From the IMG/VR virus record IMGVR_UViG_3300045135_002242, positions 31,790 to 95,789 of that record: a stretch of DNA of 64,000 nucleotides; one strand, given 5' to 3'. Below the pieces are notes generated by a model. The model saw nothing but the letters and a program-made list of their open reading frames with translations, was not told the origin of the DNA and ran no database searches. How positions within the stretch are numbered: the first letter of the stretch is position 1; the number at the start of each line of letters is the position of its first letter. The stretch comes from a virus. Below are positions 27,201 through 34,822 of the stretch, piece after piece. Position numbers and translations under genes: made by a program.

Positions 27201-28573
27201 GACTGTGCGGTAAGGGCAGCTTTAGCCCCATCTATCGACAAGAAAGCTGCAGCCTTCTGCGCTCTAGCAGCAGCTTTAGTAATCTCTCCGGCTTCTACTG
27301 CAGTATCAATTGCTTTAGCCGTCTTTGCGAATTTAGAGCCAACACCAATAGCTTTAAGGACTGCTCCTGGGGTAACCCAGGAAGCTAGCATACCCATGCT
27401 GGTGCCCCACATCTCTGGGGTAATAAATGCTTCTAGGGCACCATTACCAGCAGCCCTCATACGCTCCGCTACAGTAGCATCAGAGTCAGCAACAACCTCC
27501 CACTGCTTACCAATCTCTTCCATAGCACGTTCGGCTTGTACCGGGTTATAACCAAAAAAGTCCTGTACTGCTCTAGTATTGTCTTCAGTTTCCCCAATAT
27601 CATAAAGCCCTGTTAGATCTCCTACAGCATCTACAGGGCTTACAATAAGAGAATCTACAAAACTAGAGCCTAAACCTGCAAGAGTATTACCTACTCTATT
27701 AAGAAAACCCCCTCTATCGGCTTCACGCTCTTGCATCTCGCGCACAATATTGGATAAGGCTGCCCCCTTACCTACAGTGCCTTCAGAAGAGCGTAGTTGC
27801 TGTACATCCGTAAGATAGCGCGTAAACAACTCTTGTCCGAGAGTTTGATCAATTTCGGCAGGAGCACCTAATAACCCTTCACGACTAGAGTAATACTCAC
27901 TAGCACCACTACCATAGGCGTCAGATAATTCAGGATCCCCATAACGATCTTGTACAATTCTATCTTTTAAAGCCGCTTCACGTCCATGGCCAAGGCCTTC
28001 TAGCATAGTAGCTACATCATAAGGTAAGAGGACATCTAAACGCTTGTCTTCTACGTCTACACCATACTCTCCTGGAGCCCACCCATAGTCTCCTGGAAAC
28101 CCGGTATCTTGGTAACGAGCTTCAGAACCTTCAATACTTCCCTTTGCCACCCCAAACTTTACTTCCCTACCTCTATTCTTGGTACCAAACATGTACAAAC
28201 GTCTAGTAGGTCCGGTGTAAGATTCACCAGTATCGTAAACTACATTACCTGCCTCATCTTTAGTTAAGGTATAGTTATCTAGTCCGTACTGAAGTAAGCT
28301 TTGATATTCTTGGTCACTAAGATCATTCCAGATCTTATTTCTGTTACTTTCTAGCCTGCCGCCACCCAAATCAGTATAAGAGTTATCTAAAGACGCTCTC
28401 TGATTTACCTGAGACATCCGCTCCAGTTTATCTTCTTTAGCTTGAGCTAGTCGCTGACTACGTTCTACGGCTTCATTGCTTGTACCAAAGTTCTCAAAAG
28501 ACACATAACTTTCAGTAGGAGTTACGTCTGCTAGAGTTTCTTGAGGAGTGTCCCAGTTGTTTAGATCGGCCAT
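21278..28573 (-). CDS. Virion-encapsidated RNA polymerase (N4 vRNAP-like)
   Basis: KNGRFFVDSNTINPQTDK, motif A EFDAVTSG, motif B RNLFKYPFMTFNY, motif C IHDAI in a 2431-aa protein of the late region. Confidence 0.9.
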   Translation of the reverse strand: MADLNNWDTPQETLADVTPTESYVSFENFGTSNEAVERSQRLAQAKEDKLERMSQVNQRASLDNSYTDLGGGRLESNRNKIWNDLSDQEYQSLLQYGLDNYTLTKDEAGNVVYDTGESYTGPTRRLYMFGTKNRGREVKFGVAKGSIEGSEARYQDTGFPGDYGWAPGEYGVDVEDKRLDVLLPYDVATMLEGLGHGREAALKDRIVQDRYGDPELSDAYGSGASEYYSSREGLLGAPAEIDQTLGQELFTRYLTDVQQLRSSEGTVGKGAALSNIVREMQEREADRGGFLNRVGNTLAGLGSSFVDSLIVSPVDAVGDLTGLYDIGETEDNTRAVQDFFGYNPVQAERAMEEIGKQWEVVADSDATVAERMRAAGNGALEAFITPEMWGTSMGMLASWVTPGAVLKAIGVGSKFAKTAKAIDTAVEAGEITKAAARAQKAAAFLSIDGAKAALTAQSGFMVSAMGQVNSQYNEFVKNNNGVELEGAEKAKWFAGRFAVQMVNQNLDKLVDFSIIKNPGMIASAIPAVKAMTNREFAQVAKAMAAGSAATAINMGKEAAQEYSQTMMELFNSRYGSEKFSDVEEFTAFLQDERNTTEAGIAALAGAGGAPQFEAIGAVLPATAEVVGGISKAGGALGEKIKKSESATAPEPSVYDTQVAEEEPSEEEITARREAADTFADKTVAKYSSMFSDTEAAATMFADADESVVPTPNLVEELKKDSTGYRAAYDEIEKAEAVLESRRGQENAKDTDEEALKLLRKSKREIFRNFLTDEDQPTLGSGFTPEDVVTEFVNTMDVKDGQLDITAEEEKAVKAYMEANEVPALRFETIRKARIKGKDAYTVHEEALGTGERSASSYRNQLRTLVNTPNPSRKAVARLVDKVDRFLVSQETRKEAYDSVLNQVKADVNNYNEQTAAGKTIFVKPKKTYRIPGYKDNFVSVSVNDGVYSVHPSSQALSDTIQDNIDYLTRTKELYGKQVDAILGKDNPSSLAGITVRPNPSKQNSRDADRKFYEKVGVTKAIIGESPSPQWGSKGDYAQDNGSKINTGEYTENDVVVINTNAKSFSKDSKVRKELEKAYKAGATIVVDAGSRKNNYLHRLLSNYHFKKVKEDGVTKYLPKAKAEPIRSKQAKAKKAEIAKVRLRRRVLKAMELEASISSDTIVSALEAGEVTEAQADRYNKTVEEAKALFPKGVSAMRDYYKSQTAKQSNEVYEELLEVALEHGLESLDLSEAMGSVIERAKAGKITMAAAIEGTKQVETKIKELMDGEDFLVDWKSAQEEAKRGELDFNQWLKETAKALGIKPMQIAKDMLYNAIGKDKKKAYTYFNEKTGDFVRPTTNLYNLPKDENGNVKVSYQVLDLDPNNYVTVNKATPFNTLPAKEMRIAGKQGVKFNSMVNQAVKLLEAAIDKPNLDFNGTKNSILSFTNSPASSLIFDQDMKVNENVAIAAQLGLNNFIKNSGYLLKKGKKTKADLAEILGIDETQISREAVEMLSDKGLLYKTIANSIGKDVASMLGLARKSDSESDAQSYDALVADLGQTALLMGVADGLLELDNSLTAAEFAKTVLKKTGKGLDRGAGAKVIFIQAKEKTEQRLTKIAAAAKEIAEVIPDIDVNRKEPSFHPPKDKVKNKAVAKIRKERLGLNIPGPSQDAIKEAMDTEWTADLDLMREMIDNKELIKIRLGYIEIGSSEYEELSFEEKEVQESINRGIEKSFEEMEWLTKSKGSSISMWFNYFFSKNGRFFVDSNTINPQTDKHLHRFAVQPASHIATYIRKGNKFKVGRKDVTKEVNFALAQAFGFATDKKDTAKINKFAEKILTRLKTPARIKAARRALLKTGKFKPLGIEIEHLGHALQAFKFVEGSLKGKVTSAITAEFDAVTSGFGLKNMQMPIIADREKWLQKVGVVFDIDEVLKAVTDKSMNDILDSGNVRDSYQTLAKDVKFSDNIDESFADLLAETKEQKGNIINDSPYNKNLWEALLGALPKVDTAGNVDKALRNLFKYPFMTFNYSASIKSIRKNLLTGDMMTGLAKEMAKVDLKSTKEKDQPILNLMKVYANDKMSLEELQDTIRNKPMHQIRVPGAKYSMDRYLSQMIEGSYGAKVEKILMEQFGPFVNAQDKVNSAFRAMFEMFSVSFEEKLKEARKKGPVTIDMENKIYEDLKQQWPMIKGPLSNMEQEFMEGDGIGVYAVQTSSPYGSYGGRKPVRANLSKALQEKLGQKDIRVSHMIKQMTAAVAAGSVVPIHYIDGAIMAQTINGLAQANIRGITLIHDAIMPPLVHMAEAQKEYNKQVLEVNNNYSFIYEIGKSLGRFADMIPTGESKYSKILIDDKNEEGKPIKVSLKNFVIGNYNSFAVLANEVASKREELYGDLNKGAKIMHMAGTAEGVYSVEAGTINHKPVEKLEPKGYNIDKEMEVSGVTYPQLTDLTQNLCKGK

Positions 28574-28849
28574 TAACTAAAACCTTTATAAATAAAAATG
28601 CTACGAATAGTATAACCTACCCGTAGCAAATAGTACAGTAAATATAGAATAGTCGTTAAGGCTTTACTGCGCCTTTAGTGACCTTAATTTAGATAGTGCT
28701 CTTTGTAAATCAAATCTTACATTATCGACTGCAGTACGATTATCATTAGGATTGTACTGTTGCAAAATACTTCTAAGATTATTTACTGCATTTTCCTGAG
28801 CTAGGGCCCTTCTATCCACTAAGTCTTGGTTGCGAAGACTAGCAGTACT

Positions 28850-30613
28850 CTACGGAGGAGTAGTCCTAGCTGGTGAAGCTACAGAAGGACTGCCTACACC
28901 TGGGTGAAAGTCTCTGGGAGGAGTAGGGTAAGAAGCATTAGTTCTTTTAAGAAGCTCTTCTTTTAGCTGTTTTAGTTTAACCTTTTTTTGCTCAAAGTTT
29001 TCTAAAGCTCGCCTAGACATCTTTGCAGGATCGTAAGTACCTTCTCTTACCATTCCGGCTATACGCTTCTCCACTTCCGCTATAGCATTTTCAGTATCTA
29101 GAATTTCTAGACTGATTCTTTCATTTCGATTAGGCTTCCCATCCTCTCTCACATTTACATCAAAAGCAGGTCCAAGTTCAGCAGCCAAGGTCCTAGCAAT
29201 AGGGTTTCCTAAGTTACTCTCCCCCAGCTGTCTTTCTAGAGTGTTTACTGAAGGTTTAGTCCCTCTCTGCAATACAAACGTATCTGGATCTGGAGTGCCA
29301 TCAGGGTTATTCATCTGATTATCCCTACTGGGGATTAAACGGTCAAATTCAGGATTTAATGGCAGTCTAGTGCCCCTTGGAGTAAAGCCAACAAGGCTTT
29401 TTTGCAGTTCTTCTAAGCTACGTCCTTGAATAGGTGTGTATTTGTATTCATCTCTGTCAACATACTTACTACCAGAAGAATTTGTACGCATACCTCTTTG
29501 CAAGGCCTCTGCTTGTTGTACTACTTCTCCAAACTCATCACTTGTTGTGGAAGGAAATCTCTTACCTCCTACAAGAGAAGTCTTAATGCCATACTTAATT
29601 GCAGCTGCAGCTACATCAGGAGAAATGCCTTTATCTAATAGGATATCAAACCCTTCTTTGGCGTCGTCAGTATCCCACCAACCAATATCAATATCAGCTA
29701 TGTCTGACATAGCCTTTAAAGCGTCTTTTATGCCTGCCCTATCATTAGAGTATCTTTTACCTCCTGCGTTAGCTCTGCTAATATAATCATCATAAAGATC
29801 AATATTTTTAAGAACTGTGTCATTAATGGCCTGCACCCTAGCATCTTCACCAGCTCTAAGTTCTTGTTTAGTAATACCTCCAACAATATCGCCTAGGTAC
29901 TCTTTAGTCTTAGCAGGGTCCATACCAGCTTTTACAGCAGGATCCATACGACCTAGTAAGGCAGTTACACGCTCTCCCTTCGTCAAACCTTCGCCAGTAC
30001 TGATACGATTTTGAATTTCTTCTAGCCTGTTACCATAACGCTCTTCTACAAAGTTATTAATAGCAGCCTGAGTCTCCTTAGGGGTAAGGTCAGAAAACTC
30101 TAATTGATCCTTAAGGTTAATAAGGTCTAACTCACGTTGGGCTACCGCTCTATCTAGATCTCCTGGAGTAAGGCCAGAGGACTCCATACTTTTTCGAAAA
30201 GCCTGCGTAGCCGCCTGGACATCTTTACTACTACCACGAAGAAAAGCTTCGGTAGCTTTCATTTCTTTATTAGTTTCATCAATAACTTGGTTATAAGCGT
30301 CTTGGAGACCTTCAGAATAGTCTCCTAGAATGTACTTATCAGGAGACTCGGTTAGTGTCCACAGAGCTTCTCTGGCTCCTTCTGCTTCAGCAATTTTAGC
30401 AAGACGTTCTTTTTCAGTCGCAGCTGCTCTGGCGTTGTGTATATCCCAACGCCTTTTGTTTTCCGCATCAGCTGCTGCTTGACGAACAGCTTCTGCCTCA
30501 TTAGCTGCCTGGTCTAGGTAGCTTCCCGAAAGGTTAGCCAAGGACGTACTAATATCTTGCGTCCAGTTAGTACCACCTCCCGGTACTGTTACATAAGTGC
30601 CTTGTCTAGCCAT
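28850..30613 (-). CDS. Putative internal virion/ejection protein (possible read-through to 28664)
   Basis: Helical, Ala-rich; located directly upstream of vRNAP like N4 gp51. Confidence 0.6.
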   Translation of the reverse strand: MARQGTYVTVPGGGTNWTQDISTSLANLSGSYLDQAANEAEAVRQAAADAENKRRWDIHNARAAATEKERLAKIAEAEGAREALWTLTESPDKYILGDYSEGLQDAYNQVIDETNKEMKATEAFLRGSSKDVQAATQAFRKSMESSGLTPGDLDRAVAQRELDLINLKDQLEFSDLTPKETQAAINNFVEERYGNRLEEIQNRISTGEGLTKGERVTALLGRMDPAVKAGMDPAKTKEYLGDIVGGITKQELRAGEDARVQAINDTVLKNIDLYDDYISRANAGGKRYSNDRAGIKDALKAMSDIADIDIGWWDTDDAKEGFDILLDKGISPDVAAAAIKYGIKTSLVGGKRFPSTTSDEFGEVVQQAEALQRGMRTNSSGSKYVDRDEYKYTPIQGRSLEELQKSLVGFTPRGTRLPLNPEFDRLIPSRDNQMNNPDGTPDPDTFVLQRGTKPSVNTLERQLGESNLGNPIARTLAAELGPAFDVNVREDGKPNRNERISLEILDTENAIAEVEKRIAGMVREGTYDPAKMSRRALENFEQKKVKLKQLKEELLKRTNASYPTPPRDFHPGVGSPSVASPARTTPP

Positions 30614-30627
30614 AGTATTTATTATCC

Positions 30628-30993
30628 TTAAAGAGCGTTAAACGAGCTAATATTTCTATTACGTCGGGCTTGTTCATCTCTAGCTGTATCTAGGTTGAAT
30701 TGCAAAGCTTGGTTCTGCAGCTTAGCATTTTTTAGCAAAACAGGTAAAGAAGCTGCCTGTAATAAGGTGGAGGCTAAACCTGTGACCCCCGCCATTTTAT
30801 CAGGGTTACTGAGCCAACCCCCTGAAACGCCTCCAGAAAGGCTGTCTCTTAACGTACTATCCATACTAGTTTTGGCAAGAACATCTTCTGGAGACATAGT
30901 ACCTGCCATAAGTTCCTTCCTAAAATCTGCGTTTCGGTTAGCGAAGTAACTGTCTAGTTCAGAGTCCTTTTTACCAAAGAGGGAAAAACCCAT
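30628..30993 (-). CDS. Small virion/ejection protein (N4 gp52-like position)
   Basis: Gly/Ala hydrophobic stretch followed by QFNL; AAGGAG RBS. Confidence 0.55.
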   Translation of the reverse strand: MGFSLFGKKDSELDSYFANRNADFRKELMAGTMSPEDVLAKTSMDSTLRDSLSGGVSGGWLSNPDKMAGVTGLASTLLQAASLPVLLKNAKLQNQALQFNLDTARDEQARRNRNISSFNAL

Positions 30994-31037
30994 ACTTATA
31001 CTCCTTATTAATAAGTGTAATTTTGCGCAATTAATTT

Positions 31038-31066
31038 ATTATACTATATAATTAATATATTATCAA
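31038..31066 (-). promoter_or_regulatory. sigma70-type late promoter
   Basis: TTGATA-17 nt-TATAAT on - strand; TTGCGCAA palindrome at about +1. Confidence 0.7.
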
Positions 31067-32924
31067 ACGCTGAATCGCTGTAGTCAGCTTTGCGTAATGC
31101 CTGTTTAGTGGTCCTCTGAATATTCCCCATAGCCAGTGTTCCTCCCCCTCTTTCATAAGGCAGATCGAATTGCTCAGTATATATAGACCAATCAGCAGTA
31201 GCAGGTCTTGCATATACTCTAGCAAAATGCATAAGAATATCGTTTTCTCTAGATAACTCCTGAGAAAGCTGTTCCCATTCGGCCTTTAAATCTCTGTTCC
31301 TATCATTTAAAGACTCAAGCTTTAGCTGCTGAGGTAGCATAAATAGGTTAACCATTTTATCTAAAAATGATAGACTGCTTTCAGTAAGGTTACCACTAAC
31401 TAGGTCTAAAGCACCTTCTATAATTTTTTCTACAAAGTCCGTAACCCGTTCTTTTACTGCCTCTTGCAGACCTTGCTCTAAACTTTTTTGCAGGGCCTTT
31501 GATAAACTATTTACAAGTAAAAATAAGCTAGCAATCATAACTAGGGGCTCAATAGTCTTATTTACTTCCATAAAAGCTGCTGCCATGCCTTCCATACCAA
31601 GAGCAGAAAAAGCCAAAGAAAACAAAACCAGTACTAAACTAGCTGTAACAATAGCAGTGGCTAAGGCTTGCGCAGTAAGAGCTGCATTCCCTAAACTTAC
31701 TACTACCGCCACTACGAAAACAATAACGGCTAAAGCTTTTTTCCACCACTTAACCTTCTTTTTTGTGTAGCCTGTATCAATAAGCCTAACAATATAGGAA
31801 TTAAGCTCCTTAAAGGTTAAGTTGTAGGCTCTTGGGTTACTAAATACATCTGCTTTTAAATAGTAAAAACCTAAATAATAGTACCATAAATTACTATAGT
31901 CAGTATTCAGTTCCTCTGCCTCATCCTCAAAAAGGCGATAAGTACGGGTAACTAGGTCTGGATCCGTCTCTAGGTCACTAGCGTCCATAGCACGTATGGC
32001 TTGGCTAGTATAGTAAGAATTAGGAAATGAAAACTTTGGGGTATTGGCACTATAAGTAAGAGCAGAATGGTCTTTTAAAAGATCATCTACAATACTTTGG
32101 ACAATACTGGAACTACTGGCAAATTGGGTGTAAGGAAGCTCTAAAGTAACCACATAAGTATGATAGACCCTACCTTCTGTTGTAGTACCTATGCCTATTT
32201 CAACATCTTTAATATTAGTAGCTATAGTACCATCTTTCAAGGCATAACGCGCTATGGTAGCCAACCAAGGATCATTAGGTGTTAAGTCGTCTTCATCAGG
32301 AGTAGTAATTTTGGTAACAGGGTCAGTAATACTTCCTTTATTGATAACACCAACACCTTGTTGGGATATTAAACTAGTGTCCCACAAAGTTTCGTAATTA
32401 TTTTGAATAGCTGAAATTAAAGTTGGTAAAGACCAGTAAGGATTTAGTACAGTAGTAGTAGTAGGAATAAAGTCTCTGCCTGCACCTGTACCTGCATTTA
32501 TATCAGCCTCAATAACTATTGAAGTAGTGAGCGTCAGCCCTTCTGGTAAAGGGCCATCAGCGTAGTCCCACCACATAGTATTAAGGTTACTAGCAACAAA
32601 GTCCTTGTAGTTACTCTCTAGCTCAGCAGCATCCGCAGCAGGAAGTTCGCTACCTTTATTTTTATTTAAGTATACAAAAGCGTTTGTTACACCTTCTGGA
32701 TCAGAAGAGTTTTCAATATCATTATAAATACCTAAGTATTTAAACAGCTTTTCATAATTAGAAGGACGTGATGTATCAGGGTAGTAGTACCTTCTAATAG
32801 GTAGTACTTCTACTTCCCCAACAGTAGTGGTTCCCCATAAGCGTTTAAACTTACGGGCACCTCCGACATTTTGAATAAAGTCAGCTCTAAGAAGTTCACC
32901 AAGATCAGGCTGAGGACGTTTCAT
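31044..32924 (-). CDS. Structural protein with C-terminal hydrophobic helices (N4 gp53-like)
   Basis: KKKVKWWKK followed by a long hydrophobic segment; syntenic position. Confidence 0.6.
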   Translation of the reverse strand: MKRPQPDLGELLRADFIQNVGGARKFKRLWGTTTVGEVEVLPIRRYYYPDTSRPSNYEKLFKYLGIYNDIENSSDPEGVTNAFVYLNKNKGSELPAADAAELESNYKDFVASNLNTMWWDYADGPLPEGLTLTTSIVIEADINAGTGAGRDFIPTTTTVLNPYWSLPTLISAIQNNYETLWDTSLISQQGVGVINKGSITDPVTKITTPDEDDLTPNDPWLATIARYALKDGTIATNIKDVEIGIGTTTEGRVYHTYVVTLELPYTQFASSSSIVQSIVDDLLKDHSALTYSANTPKFSFPNSYYTSQAIRAMDASDLETDPDLVTRTYRLFEDEAEELNTDYSNLWYYYLGFYYLKADVFSNPRAYNLTFKELNSYIVRLIDTGYTKKKVKWWKKALAVIVFVVAVVVSLGNAALTAQALATAIVTASLVLVLFSLAFSALGMEGMAAAFMEVNKTIEPLVMIASLFLLVNSLSKALQKSLEQGLQEAVKERVTDFVEKIIEGALDLVSGNLTESSLSFLDKMVNLFMLPQQLKLESLNDRNRDLKAEWEQLSQELSRENDILMHFARVYARPATADWSIYTEQFDLPYERGGGTLAMGNIQRTTKQALRKADYSDSAFDNILII

Positions 32925-33802
32925 TAGACATACGTGGGAATAGCGTCATCGGTAGTAGTAGTAGCCGCTCTAAGGTTTTTAGCAGTATCTAATACAGTAT
33001 TTAAAAGTACTTCGCCAGGCTGACCTGGCCCAAACTCTGCATATTCAGCCGCAATAGCACTACCTAACATAGCTGCAGAACCTGTTAATGCGTTTGCCCA
33101 AGCATTATAAGTATACCCTTTGGCCTGTTCTTTCGCAATTTCACGTTGATTATCGCTAAGAGGGGTATAAGTACCGTGATTAGCGGTAACGGTAGCAATA
33201 CCTGATTCAGTAAGGCCAGTGTAAGAGTAATTACCATAGTTTACATAAGTATCAGCAACAATTTTATGAACAGCTGCTTGAGACTCTGCTACCTTTTGTG
33301 TAACTAAAGTGCTTTCTTGGTTAACTTTCGCAATTTGCGAATCTGTAAGCAGCATATCCTTATAAACTTTACCGTCATTACCCAGAGATGTAATCTCATC
33401 TCCAGTAAATACTGCAGTACCGTACATACGTTTAGACTCTACTTTAGCTAAGCGTGTAGTATTATTAATTTGGTCTATTTGAGCGGTTTTGGTTAGCACT
33501 TCTTGATCAAGAATATCAAGCTGTTTCGCTAGTTCTAGCTTCTTTAATGCAACATCTTTTTCCGCACTAGCCCAAGCCATTGCAGTACTTAGGCTGGAGC
33601 TATTAATGTTGTTAACCACCCCTCCTACGATATTAGCAATAATTTCTGCTTTTTGTGATTCGTCAATAGAGCCATTATCCACCAGTTCCTGGATAGTTTC
33701 TTTAGCCCTGATGTAAGCAGAATTGCTGGATAAAGCCTGCTTAACTAGGGTCTCAAACTTTTCTGCTACATCTAATTCGTTAGTAATTGTGATAGTAGCC
33801 AT
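32924..33802 (-). CDS. Structural protein (N4 gp54-like paralog)
   Basis: Helical, Q/K-rich; syntenic position. Confidence 0.5.
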   Translation of the reverse strand: MATITITNELDVAEKFETLVKQALSSNSAYIRAKETIQELVDNGSIDESQKAEIIANIVGGVVNNINSSSLSTAMAWASAEKDVALKKLELAKQLDILDQEVLTKTAQIDQINNTTRLAKVESKRMYGTAVFTGDEITSLGNDGKVYKDMLLTDSQIAKVNQESTLVTQKVAESQAAVHKIVADTYVNYGNYSYTGLTESGIATVTANHGTYTPLSDNQREIAKEQAKGYTYNAWANALTGSAAMLGSAIAAEYAEFGPGQPGEVLLNTVLDTAKNLRAATTTTDDAIPTYV

Positions 33803-33803
33803 A

Positions 33804-34340
33804 TTACACTACCTCGTATTTAGGGGAATAAACAGCATTAGGATCTGCTACCTTGTCTGCTTCCGCATTTTTCATTACATTGTCTAAACCAAGCTTAGCA
33901 GCCTGTTTATCCTTAAGAACTTGTTCCGTATACTGTAAAGCTCGTCTAGATACACCATCAAGCAGTGCTTCAGAATCCTGAGTTTGAAGAAGATCTATCT
34001 CTTCCTGTAACTTAATAAGCTGTTCTGGGAGGATGTTATCTACCTCATACTGCTTAGCTAGTCTTTCCACTTCAGCAATTTCTGCCTGTTTAGCTTTTAA
34101 AGCAGTACCTGCTACAACATCGTCAATTTGAGCTTCTGTAAGCTGTTCCTGCAGTACAAATTGAATACTTTGTTGCAGCACTGACTGAATGCTACCTAAA
34201 TAGACTGTAGCGTAGTCGCTGCCCGTAATTCTGTTGTTAAGATATTGAGTTTCAATCTGGTTATTAACTGCTGTCATCAGCTTGTCAAATATACCCGTAC
34301 CTGAACTATTTGTAACACTATCTAGTTGGAGGTCTGCCAT
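33804..34340 (-). CDS. Structural protein (N4 gp54-like)
   Basis: GTGIFDKLM...NRITGSDYATVYLG motif. Confidence 0.65.
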   Translation of the reverse strand: MADLQLDSVTNSSGTGIFDKLMTAVNNQIETQYLNNRITGSDYATVYLGSIQSVLQQSIQFVLQEQLTEAQIDDVVAGTALKAKQAEIAEVERLAKQYEVDNILPEQLIKLQEEIDLLQTQDSEALLDGVSRRALQYTEQVLKDKQAAKLGLDNVMKNAEADKVADPNAVYSPKYEVV

Positions 34341-34433
34341 AGTAATTCCTATAGGTTAATTTCATTAGTTATTATATCAGCTTTTAAAATAATTGCACTT
34401 TATTATTTAGAAGGTACGAGATGGGTGTAATTA

Positions 34434-34817
34434 TTAGCTAGGGGGCACAGGCCAGCTTACATTGTTAGGATCGTTAGTTATACTAGGGAGATCTCGAAGA
34501 GCTTGACGGTAAGCGGCCCAAGCATCTTTGTCTGCAGTTGCATCTGAGAGCTGAGTCCAATCTGTAGCCGCAAGTTTCCGGTTTCTCTCAGCCCTGAAAT
34601 GGCGCCAGAGTTTCTGCTCGTCGACTGGAGGGACATAAGGCAACAGCTCATTATTCTCTCCAATCTTGTATTTATCCGGATCTATAATAAGCCCTTCCGG
34701 AACTTCAATAAAGGTTTCACCCTCTTGCGTGTTCAGCTCTCGCATAGCCTCAGGCATATTTACTACTTGGCGAATAATACCTGTTTGGCTATCAAAAAAA
34801 GCATACGTCTTATTCAC
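34434..34817 (-). CDS. Tail fibre assembly chaperone
   Basis: RAERNRKLAATDWTQ...WAAYRQALRDLP...WPVPP. Confidence 0.85.
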   Translation of the reverse strand: MNKTYAFFDSQTGIIRQVVNMPEAMRELNTQEGETFIEVPEGLIIDPDKYKIGENNELLPYVPPVDEQKLWRHFRAERNRKLAATDWTQLSDATADKDAWAAYRQALRDLPSITNDPNNVSWPVPPS

Positions 34818-34822
34818 TTTAC

